From positions 108,010-172,009 of the IMG/VR virus record IMGVR_UViG_3300035696_000007: a DNA stretch of 64,000 nucleotides; one strand, written 5' to 3'. This document shows, piece after piece, positions 40,324-49,793 of this stretch (the stretch's first letter is position 1; the number at the start of each line of letters is the position of its first letter). This DNA is from a virus. A program made the translations under genes and the position numbers. The notes below the pieces were generated by a model. The model made no database searches, was not told the DNA's origin, and saw nothing but the letters and a program-made list of their open reading frames with translations.

Positions 40324-40937
40324 CAGTCGACCTTGGCGTGGATGAACCCCTGGTCAATGTAGACCATAAGGTTCGCGCCGAGCTTGAAGGGGTTCGCCCG
40401 GCCGGGGTCGAGCTTCACCTCGTCGCCCGCCTTCACGTCGATCTCCGCCGCCGGACCCGCCTGGGACACGTAGTAGCGGGGGCGGCCGGGGGCCTCGAAT
40501 ACGCTCTGGTCGGGCAGGTAGATCCTCCCCACCTTCTCCGGCATCTCGATCCGGCACAGCACCCACGCGCCGGTGACGTGGAAGGTGTCGGCGTGCACTC
40601 GCTCGGAGTCCAGCGTGGCGATGACGTCGCCCTGCGGGATGACGAGAACCTTCACGCCCTCCACCTGGCAGCCGCAGTGGGCGATCATCATCCCGTTAAA
40701 CTGCATGAAGACGACGTCGCCAGGCTTCAGCCACATGTGGCGGACCTTCGCTTCGCCACGGACGCGCCCGTCGCCGACGGCGACGACCAGCCCGATGCAG
40801 TACTGCCTCTGCCTGTTCTCCGGCAGGACGATCCCGGTGTCGTTCTCCTCCTCAAGGTCCATGACCGCCACCCGGTCGCCGAACACCGTGAGTTTGCCGT
40901 TGATCTTCTTGAAGTCCTTCCGTTCCGATTCAGTCAT
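40323..40937 (-). CDS. groES: co-chaperonin with two GroES-like domains
   Basis: GDRVAV..GIVLP..GLVVAVGDG..LKPGDVV..DVIA, then a second GAWVL..GRIYLP..VKAGDEV. Confidence 0.8.
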   Translation of the reverse strand: MTESERKDFKKINGKLTVFGDRVAVMDLEEENDTGIVLPENRQRQYCIGLVVAVGDGRVRGEAKVRHMWLKPGDVVFMQFNGMMIAHCGCQVEGVKVLVIPQGDVIATLDSERVHADTFHVTGAWVLCRIEMPEKVGRIYLPDQSVFEAPGRPRYYVSQAGPAAEIDVKAGDEVKLDPGRANPFKLGANLMVYIDQGFIHAKVD

Positions 40938-40949
40938 GCCGGTAAGAAC

Positions 40950-41297
40950 TCATTCGAATCCCTTGTCGTAGTAGAGGTTCGCCGCCCGCTGGGCCTCGTC
41001 CCGCTTGCGATAGGGGGCGTCCCGCATCCCCGCCGGCCCCGCCGCCCAGGCCAGGGCCAGCCGGTACGGCGTCGGGTCGGGAACGACCTTCTCCAGCCAC
41101 CGCAGGTATTCGAGCGGGTCCAGCGCCCTCTTCCGGGCGGCGGCCGTCATCTGCTGCGGGCCGATCTCGCCCGCGCGACCCACCATCCAGCGGTTCCCGG
41201 TCTCCACCGCGCCGATGCAGCGCAGCTCGCGCGCCTCGTCGATCTGGGCGACCGCGGGCAGCGCAAAAAGCAACAAGAGAATGAACAGGAGCCTCAT
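40950..41297 (-). CDS. secreted lysozyme/lytic-transglycosylase-like protein
   Basis: signal peptide; VETG..GEIGPQQMT..AWAAGP. Confidence 0.65.
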   Translation of the reverse strand: MRLLFILLLLFALPAVAQIDEARELRCIGAVETGNRWMVGRAGEIGPQQMTAAARKRALDPLEYLRWLEKVVPDPTPYRLALAWAAGPAGMRDAPYRKRDEAQRAANLYYDKGFE

Positions 41298-42322
41298 GGC
41301 AGGCGGCTGAGCAGCGACTCGTATTCGGAGTACGCCCCCCTCTTGGCGAAGAGGTCGGCGGCCAGGCGGGCGTCGTCGTTGGGGTCTACTTTCCTGCCCT
41401 GGGCGTCCGACGGCATCTTGACCACGGTCACCGGCACGCCCCCCTGGAGCCGCCGGCACTCCTCATAGGCGCTCGCCAGGGCGTCCGCGTCGAACATGAG
41501 GCACACCTCGGCCAGGCCCTTGACGGAGGACAGCTTGCCGAGCTGCTCGGCGCTGACCTTGTGCTTGAAACAGGCGACGGGGGTGGCGCCGACCCCCCGC
41601 GCCGCCAGCTCGCGACGCAGCGACCTCACGTTGAGGATGGCCTCGACCACGATGGCGACGCCGCCCCGCTCGCGCAGCTCGTCGAAATTGTAGAGCCAAT
41701 GGCGGGAGCCGAGCTTGACCTCGCTCCGGCTGGGGAACTGCTTGGTGGCTCGATCCGGCTCATCCGTGTAGGTGCGGCCCTGGTAATAGACGACCCGGCC
41801 CCATTCGAACACCGGGAAGATGGCGTAGGGCTCCCACCGAGGGTCAACGCGGGTGAAGCCGACGCCCGCCTCGATAAAGTCGGCGAGGTCGAGGTTCTTC
41901 CGCTCCGCCATGCGCCCGATGAGGCGGGCGTAGGCGCCGTCAGGCTCGTCGGCCAGGAGCGTGAAGCCCGCTGGCAAGCACACCTGAGGCACGTAGGACG
42001 GCTGCCTGCCCTCCGGGACGCCAAGGCCGGCGACCATCCCACTCAGCTCGCCCACGGCCAGGCCCGGCTCCTCCTCGATCTCCACCGGGTAGCCAAGCTG
42101 GGTGGCCCAGCGCACGAAGTCGCCACCCTTGTTGCAGCGCCAGCAGTTGGTCTTGCCGGTCCTGAGGTTGACGGACCTGTTGCCGGAACGGTCGCCGCAG
42201 CCCGGCTCGGGGCAGAGGAAGACCAGCTCGTCACCTTGGCTGCGGTCAGGGATGACGTCGAACAGCATCTCCACCTGCGACCGAAGCTGGGCGGGGTTGT
42301 ATCGTCTGACCTTGCTTTCCAT
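41294..42322 (-). CDS. DNA primase (gp61/DnaG-like)
   Basis: Zn finger CPEPGC..CWRC; YYQGR; TOPRIM VE..MFDAD..DPND. Confidence 0.85.
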   Translation of the reverse strand: MESKVRRYNPAQLRSQVEMLFDVIPDRSQGDELVFLCPEPGCGDRSGNRSVNLRTGKTNCWRCNKGGDFVRWATQLGYPVEIEEEPGLAVGELSGMVAGLGVPEGRQPSYVPQVCLPAGFTLLADEPDGAYARLIGRMAERKNLDLADFIEAGVGFTRVDPRWEPYAIFPVFEWGRVVYYQGRTYTDEPDRATKQFPSRSEVKLGSRHWLYNFDELRERGGVAIVVEAILNVRSLRRELAARGVGATPVACFKHKVSAEQLGKLSSVKGLAEVCLMFDADALASAYEECRRLQGGVPVTVVKMPSDAQGRKVDPNDDARLAADLFAKRGAYSEYESLLSRLP

Positions 42323-42335
42323 CGAGTGTCAGAAC

Positions 42336-43115
42336 TCAGATGAGAGCCGCCGTGGACACCTGGACGGGCAACCAGCCGGAGCACCCGAAAGTAGCCGTGA
42401 TCATCCACACACCCTGCCCACTGTATTGGAGGGCAGAGGGTGAGATGCCGATGGGCCACATCTGGTGAATCTTGATGGCTGACGCGACCTCAAAAGGCGG
42501 GTTAGGGGCGATGACGCCCCTGCCGCCGGTCGTCGCTTGGTCCCCGCTGAGGATGGACTGCAGGGAAGCACCCATGAGCAGGTTGACGAGCACGTCGAAC
42601 TGGTAGGTGGGCTGCAGGGTCGAACCGTCGATGTCGTTGAGGCCTACGGCGAACTCGAAGTCGGGGTTGTCCGCAAAGCCGCCCTGGAAAGAGCCGCGAC
42701 CCGCGCGGCCGAGGGCGCGCCAGGCGAAAAGCAGGCTCAGCAGCTTCGAGCCGAGGGCGGGGGCGGGCGAGCCTGCGTCGACGAGGAAGGTGAGCTTCAC
42801 GGTCGAGGGCGCGTGGTCGATTCCCGGCACAAGGTAAGGCAGGGCGTCCCGTGCGATCGTCGGCGAGTCCATGACGAGTTCGGGCAGGTCCACGGACTGG
42901 ACGTAATAGAGGGCGTAGGCCGAGGAGGGCAGGCTTCTGAGGAGGGGGCCGGAGTTGCGGTACTGCGCAACCTGCTGCAGCTGGTTGCGGATCTCGTTGA
43001 CGACACCGTGCAAGTCGACCTGCCAGAGGTCGACCCTCTGCGCGTCCATCAAGAGCGCATTGGCCGCCGTCGGAGTGATCTTCCCCCAGGGGTTCGCTAC
43101 ATGGTATCTTGGCAT
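42336..43115 (-). CDS. tail tube-like protein (gp19/gp54-like)
   Basis: VQSVDLP..TVKLTF..MWPIGISPSALQY..ATF; AGGAGG RBS. Confidence 0.6.
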   Translation of the reverse strand: MPRYHVANPWGKITPTAANALLMDAQRVDLWQVDLHGVVNEIRNQLQQVAQYRNSGPLLRSLPSSAYALYYVQSVDLPELVMDSPTIARDALPYLVPGIDHAPSTVKLTFLVDAGSPAPALGSKLLSLLFAWRALGRAGRGSFQGGFADNPDFEFAVGLNDIDGSTLQPTYQFDVLVNLLMGASLQSILSGDQATTGGRGVIAPNPPFEVASAIKIHQMWPIGISPSALQYSGQGVWMITATFGCSGWLPVQVSTAALI

Positions 43116-43137
43116 AGTCCTCCTGTCTAATTATGGT

Positions 43138-44034
43138 GTGGCGCACTTTTTCGCAACCTACGCCGGAACCGTAGAGTCCACCAGCGACCCGGAGAGGGTC
43201 GGGAGGCTCAAGGTGCGCGTGCCGCTGATCTACGGGCCGTCCAGCTCCAACGAGGCCATCTCGGTCTCCGACCTCCCGTGGGCCCTCCCCGCCGGCCTCC
43301 CGGCCGGGGGCACCGCCCAGTCGGGCGGGATGGTGTGGCTCCCGCAGGTGGGCGACCACGTCTGGGTGCGGTTCCTCGACGGCGAGGCCGAGAAGCCCAT
43401 CTGGGAATGGGGCGCCCAGGACACCAAGCAGGCGGCCGCCTACCGGTACTTCCGGCTCCAAGACGGCGGCTACGAGGCCAGCGGCGCCGCCCCCACCATG
43501 GGGATGCTGACGCGGTACGGGCACGCCATCCAGCTCTCCCCCGGCGCCGTGGTCCTGTCCAGCTCCGGCGGCTACACCTACTACGTCAACGACAGCGACG
43601 AGGCGGAAGGGCAGCTCGGCCTGCGCACGGCGCGGGGGTACCTCCACGAGTTCGACGACTCGACCGACACGCTGCTCCTCTACGTTCGGAACTACACGGC
43701 CAACGTGTCCTACCTGTTCTTCACGGGCGACGACTACAAGTGGGTGGTGACCGACCAGGCCGAGTTCGACGTGGGCAACACCTTCGCGGTGACCGCCGGG
43801 GTCTCCGCATCCTTCGACACGCCGGAGTTCGACGTGAGCGCGGCCCACTTGGAGCTTGGCATGGACGCCGACGATCCCGTAGTACGTCTCAGCGACCTCC
43901 AGGCCGCCATCGACACCGTAACCGCCTTCTTCAACGACCACCAGCACACCGGCAACCTGGGGGCGCCGACGTCGCCCCCGCTGGCCCCGATGGAGGTCAC
44001 CGGAACCGGCAGCCCCACCACGTTCTCAACCTAG
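43138..44034 (+). CDS. baseplate spike gp5/VgrG (OB-fold) protein
   Basis: GTVESTSDPERVGRLKVRVP..LPWA..PQVGDHVWVRFLDG..PIW; C-terminal HQH. Confidence 0.85.
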   Translation: MAHFFATYAGTVESTSDPERVGRLKVRVPLIYGPSSSNEAISVSDLPWALPAGLPAGGTAQSGGMVWLPQVGDHVWVRFLDGEAEKPIWEWGAQDTKQAAAYRYFRLQDGGYEASGAAPTMGMLTRYGHAIQLSPGAVVLSSSGGYTYYVNDSDEAEGQLGLRTARGYLHEFDDSTDTLLLYVRNYTANVSYLFFTGDDYKWVVTDQAEFDVGNTFAVTAGVSASFDTPEFDVSAAHLELGMDADDPVVRLSDLQAAIDTVTAFFNDHQHTGNLGAPTSPPLAPMEVTGTGSPTTFST

Positions 44035-44047
44035 GCAGCAAAACACA

Positions 44048-44230
44048 ATGAAAACAGCCATAATCATCATCGGCATCCTGACCGTGGTCTTCTGGGTCCT
44101 CGTGGCCGTCGATCTCGTCATGCGGAAGTTCGCCAAGAGCATCCCCGGCGTGGCCCAGATCAAGGCCTTCCTCGTCAAAGTCCTGAGCTACACGCCCGCT
44201 CCGAAGTCGGTTCCCCCCGCCGTAGCGTAG
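44048..44230 (+). CDS. small membrane protein
   Basis: one TM helix. Confidence 0.55.
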   Translation: MKTAIIIIGILTVVFWVLVAVDLVMRKFAKSIPGVAQIKAFLVKVLSYTPAPKSVPPAVA

Positions 44231-44237
44231 TTAAGGC

Positions 44238-44765
44238 ATGCCAGAGGGCTACCTCACCTGCATCGGCGTCCGCGACGCGGGCGGCCGCGAGATCGCGTTG
44301 AAGGACGCCGTCCGTTACGGCTGGCTCAGGCCCGCCAGGGCCCCCGCCGGCTGGGGCATCGGCCCCGGCGAGGTGCCGCTCGGCCACAACCTCTTCCTCG
44401 ACGCCGGGCGGCAGTACCTGGCCTACTCGTTCGGGTACCGGTCGCCCGTCGCCAACTACGCCGTGCAGTACTTCGGCATCGGGACGGGCACGTCCACGCC
44501 GACCGCGGCGGACACGGCGCTCGCCAACCCGGTGGCCTTCGACTACGCGAGCACCTACCTCAAGCTGATCGACACGGTGGACTACCCGGCGCCGTTCGTG
44601 GCCCGCGCCCTGTTCACGATCGGGGCGGGCCAGGCGAACGGCTACCTTATCACCGAGTTCGGGCTGTATTCCGGCGACAACACGCTGCTCATCCGGCTGA
44701 CGCGGGTGGGCATCAACAAGACGAGCGACTTCGCACCCCAGCTGGCGCACCGCATCCGCTTCTAG
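44238..44765 (+). CDS. tail/baseplate structural protein
   Basis: HNL..GR..GIGTGT..DTAL..ANGYLITEFGL..INKTSD..RF. Confidence 0.75.
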   Translation: MPEGYLTCIGVRDAGGREIALKDAVRYGWLRPARAPAGWGIGPGEVPLGHNLFLDAGRQYLAYSFGYRSPVANYAVQYFGIGTGTSTPTAADTALANPVAFDYASTYLKLIDTVDYPAPFVARALFTIGAGQANGYLITEFGLYSGDNTLLIRLTRVGINKTSDFAPQLAHRIRF

Positions 44766-44767
44766 CC

Positions 44768-45109
44768 ATGAACGCCAAGGCCCTTCTCGACCAGCTAGTC
44801 GAGATACAGGCGACCCGGAGCATCCCGCGCGAGGCGATGAAGCAGAGGATCGCCCGCGCTTTCCCAAAGCTCTGGATGAAGGACTCGGAGGAGTTCGACC
44901 CCGGAACGAGGGGGGCCATCTGGACGACGGCCGAGGACGCCGACGCCACCGCCTCAGACGGCAACCGCCTCTTCGACGCCTACGCCGAGGACTTCAAGGA
45001 GACCACCTACGTCCTGGGCGTCCATCGGCAAATGCTCGCCCTCCTCGACGCAGGCGGCTGGTCCGCCGAGTTCTACGACCCAGGCACCGTGCTGCTCTTC
45101 CCCGGCTAG
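44768..45109 (+). CDS. hypothetical protein with AKALLDQLVE N-terminus
   Basis: ORF. Confidence 0.7.
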   Translation: MNAKALLDQLVEIQATRSIPREAMKQRIARAFPKLWMKDSEEFDPGTRGAIWTTAEDADATASDGNRLFDAYAEDFKETTYVLGVHRQMLALLDAGGWSAEFYDPGTVLLFPG

Positions 45110-45750
45110 GCCGGAAGAACGAACGGCAGGTGCTGCGGGTCGCGGGCGTCGCGCAGCCGGATAATGACGGGCATGGTCGGCGGCGCCTTCGGGGCGCGCC
45201 GGAGCTTGAGGCCAACCTGGTGCGGCAGGCGGTCCCCCTTGAGCGTGTTGGTGGCCTTGCGGGTGACGACGACGTTCTCCCAGACGGTCTTGCCGCCGGA
45301 GTGGCGGGAGACGACGTGGTCGATGTTCCACTCGCCCGGCTGGAGCCGGCGGTCGTCCGCCGCGTACTGGTCGAGGCCGTGGTCGCGCTCGTAGACGGCC
45401 TTCGGCGTGCACTTGACCGTGCGCACCGGGACCTTGTCGTAGTGCTGGCAGATGAGGACCATCGGGACGCGCACGCGCTGGTGCGCGGCCTGGAGCCAGA
45501 GGTCGAACGGGCGGATCGGGAGCTTCAGCCAGTCCCCCCAGGCGGTCGGGATCGAGCGAACCGGGCGCAGGTAGTCGAACTCGCCGTCGGCGCCGACGGC
45601 GAACTCCAGGTCCATGGCGAACTTCGCCGGGCCCCGGCCCATCAGGCCGCCGTTCATGTCGACGATGGCCTGCCGGACCGTGCGCCAGCCGATGGCCCGC
45701 CAGTGACGGTTCAGGGAGAGGACGATTGGCTTGTCGAGATCCGCGAACAT
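45106..45750 (-). CDS. HNH endonuclease at the distal end of the tRNA operon
   Basis: VLSLN, VYERD..DQY, NIDHVVSRHSGGKTVWENVV..N..K. Confidence 0.85.
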   Translation of the reverse strand: MFADLDKPIVLSLNRHWRAIGWRTVRQAIVDMNGGLMGRGPAKFAMDLEFAVGADGEFDYLRPVRSIPTAWGDWLKLPIRPFDLWLQAAHQRVRVPMVLICQHYDKVPVRTVKCTPKAVYERDHGLDQYAADDRRLQPGEWNIDHVVSRHSGGKTVWENVVVTRKATNTLKGDRLPHQVGLKLRRAPKAPPTMPVIIRLRDARDPQHLPFVLPA

Positions 45751-45793
45751 AAGATGACTCTGAGCGGTGGTTCCTTCGTAGAAAAGTTGAAAG

Positions 45794-45888
45794 TGGCGGA
45801 GGCGTGCGGTTCCGCCCCGCGCCGGGCTTGACCTCGGTCCCGGGTTAGCAACCCGGTCGGACTTCTGGATGTCCTGCTTACTGCCTCC
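45794..45888 (-). tRNA. tRNA-Ser(GCT), atypical D region
   Basis: CCGGG-UUGCUAA-CCCGG; long variable arm; GCCA end. Confidence 0.75.
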
Positions 45889-45894
45889 GAAAGA

Positions 45895-45981
45895 TGGCGG
45901 AAGGCGATGGAGTTGCGCCATTGTCCTTGCGGGCACTGCGGTTTTCGAGACCGTTCGAGGAGACTACCCTCAGCGCCTTCC
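45895..45981 (-). tRNA. tRNA-Ser(CGA)
   Basis: loop CUCGAAA; GCCA. Confidence 0.85.
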
Positions 45982-46029
45982 GAAAATGGTATTATTTAGG
46001 CTTATCACACTAGATGAGTTACTAATAGA

Positions 46030-46117
46030 TGGCGGAGGGCGGAGATCTCGCGTCCCAGCGGCTCGCGCCGCCCCATGAGCTTCCAACTCAGGCCGACCCT
46101 CGGCCGGTTCACCCTCC
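46030..46117 (-). tRNA. tRNA-Ser(GGA)
   Basis: loop UUGGAAG; GCCA. Confidence 0.8.
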
Positions 46118-46400
46118 GAAAAGGAAATCGTTGACAAAACCGCGCCGGGAACAATCGGTGGTCGCGGGGATGTTTACGAAATCATGGTGGCCCGGCAGCT
46201 GGCTCGTGCGCGTCTCGGCCCGGAAGAAGGTCGTGCGCAGCTTCCAGTGCCTGACCTTCGACGACGCGAGGCTGGAGGCCTCCAAGGCCGTGAACGCCCG
46301 GCGCCTGCGCAGGCACCCGCTGCCGACGGCCGTCACCGTGGCGCTGATCGAGGGGCCGGGCCGGACGAGCCCGGAGATGCCCCTCTTCAGCGGCGGAAAG

Positions 46401-46476
46401 TGGTCCCCCCGCCCGGATTCGCGCCGGGATCTGCGCCTTAGGACGACGCGGCCCTGTCTAGTTGGACGACGGGGAG
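46401..46476 (-). tRNA. tRNA-Arg(CCT)
   Basis: loop GUCCUAA. Confidence 0.85.
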
Positions 46477-46477
46477 A

Positions 46478-46553
46478 TGGTAGGGGCGGTGGGACTCCCA
46501 CCCACACTATGCCGGGTTCGTAGCCCGGGTGACTAATAATTGCCGACGCCCCC
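46478..46553 (-). tRNA. tRNA-Arg(ACG)
   Basis: loop CUACGAA. Confidence 0.85.
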
Positions 46554-46577
46554 AAGATTGAAAAAGGTAGTTACGGC

Positions 46578-47000
46578 ATGAACAAGAGCCGACGGGTGAT
46601 CAGCCAGCTGACGGAAGCCGGGCCGGACCAGGGACAGAAGCCCGACGCCCTCGCGGCACTGGTGGCCTTCGCCAAAGAGGTGGTCGAGGCGTTCGAGGAG
46701 CACGAGTCCGGCGACCTCAACGACATCCCGGCGGACATCGTCATCGAGCGCGGCCGGGCCGCGCTGAAGCTGGCCGGCGCGGACGTGTCCAGCCTGCAGA
46801 AGTACAAGGTCGAGCAGCTCTTCGGCGGCGACTGGGGCGACCCGCAGTGGGAGGAGAACGAACACCCCATGCGCTTCGACACCGAGGAGGAGGCCTGGGT
46901 GGAGGTCGACGAGTTCCTCGCCGACGCGGCGGCCGCCGCGGAGGCCGGGCACATGGCGGCGGGGTTCAGCCGGGACGAGTTCCGGGTCGTCCCCGCCTGA
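46578..47000 (+). CDS. acidic hypothetical protein (SRRVISQLTE N-terminus)
   Basis: TAGTTA-N4-ATG; antisense to the tRNA array. Confidence 0.7.
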   Translation: MNKSRRVISQLTEAGPDQGQKPDALAALVAFAKEVVEAFEEHESGDLNDIPADIVIERGRAALKLAGADVSSLQKYKVEQLFGGDWGDPQWEENEHPMRFDTEEEAWVEVDEFLADAAAAAEAGHMAAGFSRDEFRVVPA

Positions 47001-47003
47001 GAG

Positions 47004-47079
47004 TGGACCCCGCGGCGGGATTCGCACCCGCACCACCGGCCTTAGAACGACCGGGCGCTGTCTGTTACACCACGCGGGG
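47004..47079 (-). tRNA. tRNA-Arg(TCT)
   Basis: loop GUUCUAA. Confidence 0.85.
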
Positions 47080-47095
47080 AAGGGGTACTTAGGCC

Positions 47096-47332
47096 ATGAA
47101 GAGCGCCGTCGAGAGGCTGCTGGAGGACGACCGGCAACCGTGGAGCCACGAGAACACGGTCAACGCCATCGTCGGCTCGTTCGTCGGCTTCGACTTGGAC
47201 GCCAGCGTCGCCAGGCTGCGCGTCCTCCTGGCCAAGGTGCCCGACCCGCTGCTGCGCCAGGTCTACGACGCGATGCACGCGGGCGAGGAGGACACCCTCG
47301 CGAGGGGCCCCTACCGGTTCACCGACAAGTGA
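47096..47332 (+). CDS. hypothetical protein (MKSAVERLLE)
   Basis: TACTTA-N4-ATG. Confidence 0.65.
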   Translation: MKSAVERLLEDDRQPWSHENTVNAIVGSFVGFDLDASVARLRVLLAKVPDPLLRQVYDAMHAGEEDTLARGPYRFTDK

Positions 47333-47333
47333 G

Positions 47334-47407
47334 TGGTCGCCCCGCCGGGAATCCCACCCGGGACGCGGCCTTCGGAGGGCCGCATGATATGGCTTCACCA
47401 CGGGGCG
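47334..47407 (-). tRNA. tRNA-Arg(CCG)
   Basis: loop CUCCGAA. Confidence 0.85.
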
Positions 47408-47411
47408 AAAT

Positions 47412-47488
47412 TGGGGCGATCGACGGGGCTTGCACCCGCAACCCGCGGGCTCACAACCCGCTGCTCTGCTGATTGAGCTACGACCGCC
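47412..47488 (-). tRNA. tRNA-His(GTG)
   Basis: loop UUGUGAG; G-1:C73. Confidence 0.9.
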
Positions 47489-47489
47489 G

Positions 47490-47564
47490 TGGGGCCTCAG
47501 TGGGGATTTGCGCCCCCCTGTCCGATTTACAAAATCGGTCCCTCGCTGCCTAGGGGTCTGAGGC
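47490..47564 (-). tRNA. tRNA-Thr(TGT)
   Basis: loop UUUGUAA. Confidence 0.85.
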
Positions 47565-47587
47565 GAAGTCGAAGTTGTAGTTAAGGC

Positions 47588-47908
47588 ATGGAAAAGACTC
47601 CTGCACCGAAGCCGAAGCTGCGTGGAACCATGGCGCCGGGTTCCGCCCTCCTCAGCCTTGTCGCCGACATCGAGGCGATGCAGACCAATGTCCCCGACGA
47701 ATATGAGGGGGATGCGGCTGACCGCGGCTGGTTCGGCCCCTTCGAAACAGGGGTGTCCGCGTACGAGCGGGGCCACTTCATCCTGTGGCCCAACCTTGAA
47801 ATCCTTCTGGTGCAAGCCAAGGCGGCCCTGGAGGCGACCAAACCAAGAGGCTCCGCCGGCCCGGTCGAATCCAAAGCCTCCCGCCTCGTCGACAGGCTAC
47901 TCGAATGA
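47588..47908 (+). CDS. hypothetical protein (C-terminal ASRLVDRLLE)
   Basis: TAGTTA-N4-ATG. Confidence 0.65.
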   Translation: MEKTPAPKPKLRGTMAPGSALLSLVADIEAMQTNVPDEYEGDAADRGWFGPFETGVSAYERGHFILWPNLEILLVQAKAALEATKPRGSAGPVESKASRLVDRLLE

Positions 47909-48390
47909 GCCACCGTTTCATCCTTTTCGGCGGCGGGTCTGGGAACGTCTACGGCGTCAGCGACGCCGCGAGCTTCGAGGAGGCGTGGAAGGAGATCCTG
48001 GCGGCGGGCGGGCCGCTGGGCTACTCGGCTGGCGGGGAGCCCGGGGGCGAGGTCGAGCGCGAGTGGCCCGAGTTCGACGACATGTCGGTGATGCTCGGGG
48101 GCGCGGAGATCGAGAAAAAGGACGGCTACTGGCTGATCACCGCCCGCGACTCGGACGAGGGCCAGTTCGGACTGCTGGACGCCCAGTCCGCCAACTCGGC
48201 GGTGCAAAAGGAGATCGAGGATCTCGGCCTGCAGAAGTACGCCGACGAGTTCGTCGCCGAGAAGGCCGCGCTGGACGCCGAGGCCGAGGACGAGATGCAC
48301 CGCCAGGCGGTCTACGCGCAGGCGCCGCAGCACGAGTCGGTCAAGGCGGCCGCGAAACGGCTGGTCGACGCGCTGCTCGGCGAGGCCTGA
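47905..48390 (+). CDS. acidic hypothetical protein (C-terminal AKRLVDALLGE)
   Basis: coupled ORF. Confidence 0.7.
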   Translation: MSHRFILFGGGSGNVYGVSDAASFEEAWKEILAAGGPLGYSAGGEPGGEVEREWPEFDDMSVMLGGAEIEKKDGYWLITARDSDEGQFGLLDAQSANSAVQKEIEDLGLQKYADEFVAEKAALDAEAEDEMHRQAVYAQAPQHESVKAAAKRLVDALLGEA

Positions 48391-48393
48391 AAG

Positions 48394-48469
48394 TGGGGCC
48401 ACCGACCCGAGTCGCACGGGCAACGTCCTGTTTACGGAACAGGTGCTCTGCTGATTGAGCTACGGCGGC
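48394..48469 (-). tRNA. tRNA-Thr(CGT)
   Basis: loop UCCGUAA. Confidence 0.85.
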
Positions 48470-48474
48470 GAGAT

Positions 48475-48549
48475 TGGTAGGCGCGGGAGGGGTTTCGCCT
48501 CCACCCAAGGGATTATGGGTCCCCTGCTCTGAGATTGAGCTACGCGCCC
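48475..48549 (-). tRNA. tRNA-Ile2/Met(CAT)
   Basis: loop CCCAUAA. Confidence 0.8.
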
Positions 48550-48553
48550 GAAG

Positions 48554-48639
48554 TGGTGCGGCCGGCGCGAATCGCACGCGCACGCCCCGGAGGGCAGCGG
48601 GGTTTAGGCCCGCCGCGTCTGCTGTTCCGCCACGGCCGC
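48554..48639 (-). tRNA. tRNA-Leu(TAA)
   Basis: loop CCUAAAC; variable arm. Confidence 0.85.
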
Positions 48640-48644
48640 GAAGT

Positions 48645-48728
48645 TGGTGGGGGCGGAGGGGGTTGCACCCTCATGCCTCGCGGCCGGGGGTTTTGGGTCC
48701 CCTGCGTATGCTGTTCCGCCACGCCCCC
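48645..48728 (-). tRNA. tRNA-Leu(CAA)
   Basis: loop CCCAAAA; variable arm. Confidence 0.85.
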
Positions 48729-48733
48729 GAGAT

Positions 48734-48810
48734 TGGCGGCGGCGACGGGAGTTGCACCCGCATTTCACCGGCTGAGAACCGGGGTTCCTAGGCTGTTAGA
48801 AGACGCCGCC
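48734..48810 (-). tRNA. tRNA-Glu(CTC)
   Basis: loop UUCUCAG. Confidence 0.85.
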
Positions 48811-48817
48811 ATGAAAT

Positions 48818-48893
48818 TGGCCGCCCCGACGGGATTCCCACCCGTGTCGCAGGCTTGAAGGGCCCGCATCCTGGGATGCTAGAAGACGGGGCG
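48818..48893 (-). tRNA. tRNA-Glu(TTC)
   Basis: loop CCUUCAA. Confidence 0.85.
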
Positions 48894-48896
48894 AAA

Positions 48897-48981
48897 TGGT
48901 ACGGGTAGAGGGACTCGCACCCCCATGCCTTGCGGCGCCGCCTTCTGAGGGCGGTGTGTCTGCTGATTCCACCATACCCGC
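48897..48981 (-). tRNA. tRNA-Leu(CAG)
   Basis: loop CUCAGAA. Confidence 0.85.
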
Positions 48982-48987
48982 GTGAAA

Positions 48988-49245
48988 CTATTCGGCCATC
49001 GCCCTGCGGATCGCGGCGAGCGCGGCCGGGTCCCCGGCCTTGGCCCTCTTGGCGAACAGGGCGAACGAGGTCCCCCTGACGGCGTCGGTGACCGGCTTCC
49101 GGCCGTGGAGCCTCTGGAGGTCGAGCTCGGCGGCGCGGCGGGCGACTCTCTCGCCGTAGGCGTCGCGCAGCCACCGCACGGCGTCCACCGTGCTGCCCTC
49201 CTCCCTGGGCCTGGCCAGGGCGTCGGCTATCCTGACGAGCCTCAT
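48988..49245 (-). CDS. hypothetical protein
   Basis: TACTTA-N4-ATG. Confidence 0.6.
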   Translation of the reverse strand: MRLVRIADALARPREEGSTVDAVRWLRDAYGERVARRAAELDLQRLHGRKPVTDAVRGTSFALFAKRAKAGDPAALAAIRRAMAE

Positions 49246-49257
49246 GCCCTAAGTAAA

Positions 49258-49342
49258 TGGTGCGGTCAGGGGGAGTCGCACCCCCACGGGTCACCCCACC
49301 GGCCCCTCAAGCCGGCGCGTCTGCTGGTTCCGCCATGACCGC
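49258..49342 (-). tRNA. tRNA-Leu(GAG)
   Basis: loop UUGAGGG. Confidence 0.85.
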
Positions 49343-49352
49343 GAAAAATCGT

Positions 49353-49616
49353 TCAGCCCCGGACGTGGTACTCGATGCGCAGCCGGGCCCTGTCCTCCGC
49401 CGAAACGCACTCCCAGCACTCCACCTGGCCGGGGAAGAATACCCGCACGGGCAGGTCCTCGGGGTAGTCGCCCTTCATCTCGACGAAGACGGTGTGGCAG
49501 CGCTTCTCGGCGTCCCAGAGGTTCAGCTGGGCCGCGCACCCCGAAAGGAGCCGCCCGCCGACTTTGAACCTGATTTTGATGCCGTGCGGCGGCAGGAGCC
49601 TGTTGATGCTGATCAT
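49353..49616 (-). CDS. hypothetical protein
   Basis: GTTCT motif upstream. Confidence 0.6.
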   Translation of the reverse strand: MISINRLLPPHGIKIRFKVGGRLLSGCAAQLNLWDAEKRCHTVFVEMKGDYPEDLPVRVFFPGQVECWECVSAEDRARLRIEYHVRG

Positions 49617-49632
49617 GCCCGTAAGAACAAAG

Positions 49633-49708
49633 TGGGGCCTCCTGTCGGATTTGCGCCGACCGTCCTCCCCTTACCAAGGGGTAGCATCGCTGCCTATGCT
49701 TAGGAGGC
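49633..49708 (-). tRNA. tRNA-Thr(GGT)
   Basis: loop UUGGUAA. Confidence 0.85.
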
Positions 49709-49709
49709 G

Positions 49710-49786
49710 TGGTAGCACCGGTCGGATTTGCGCCGACGACCTTCCCCTTATGAGGGGGCTGCGCTGGCTGGCTGCGCCACGGTGCC
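49710..49786 (-). tRNA. tRNA-Met(CAT)
   Basis: loop CUCAUAA. Confidence 0.85.
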
Positions 49787-49793
49787 ATGAAGT

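Noticed and set aside
46170-46523. Plus-strand ORF MFTKSWWPG behind a TTGACA element
   Set aside because: Possibly real, but it runs antisense through two tRNAs with no recognisable motif; not enough support.
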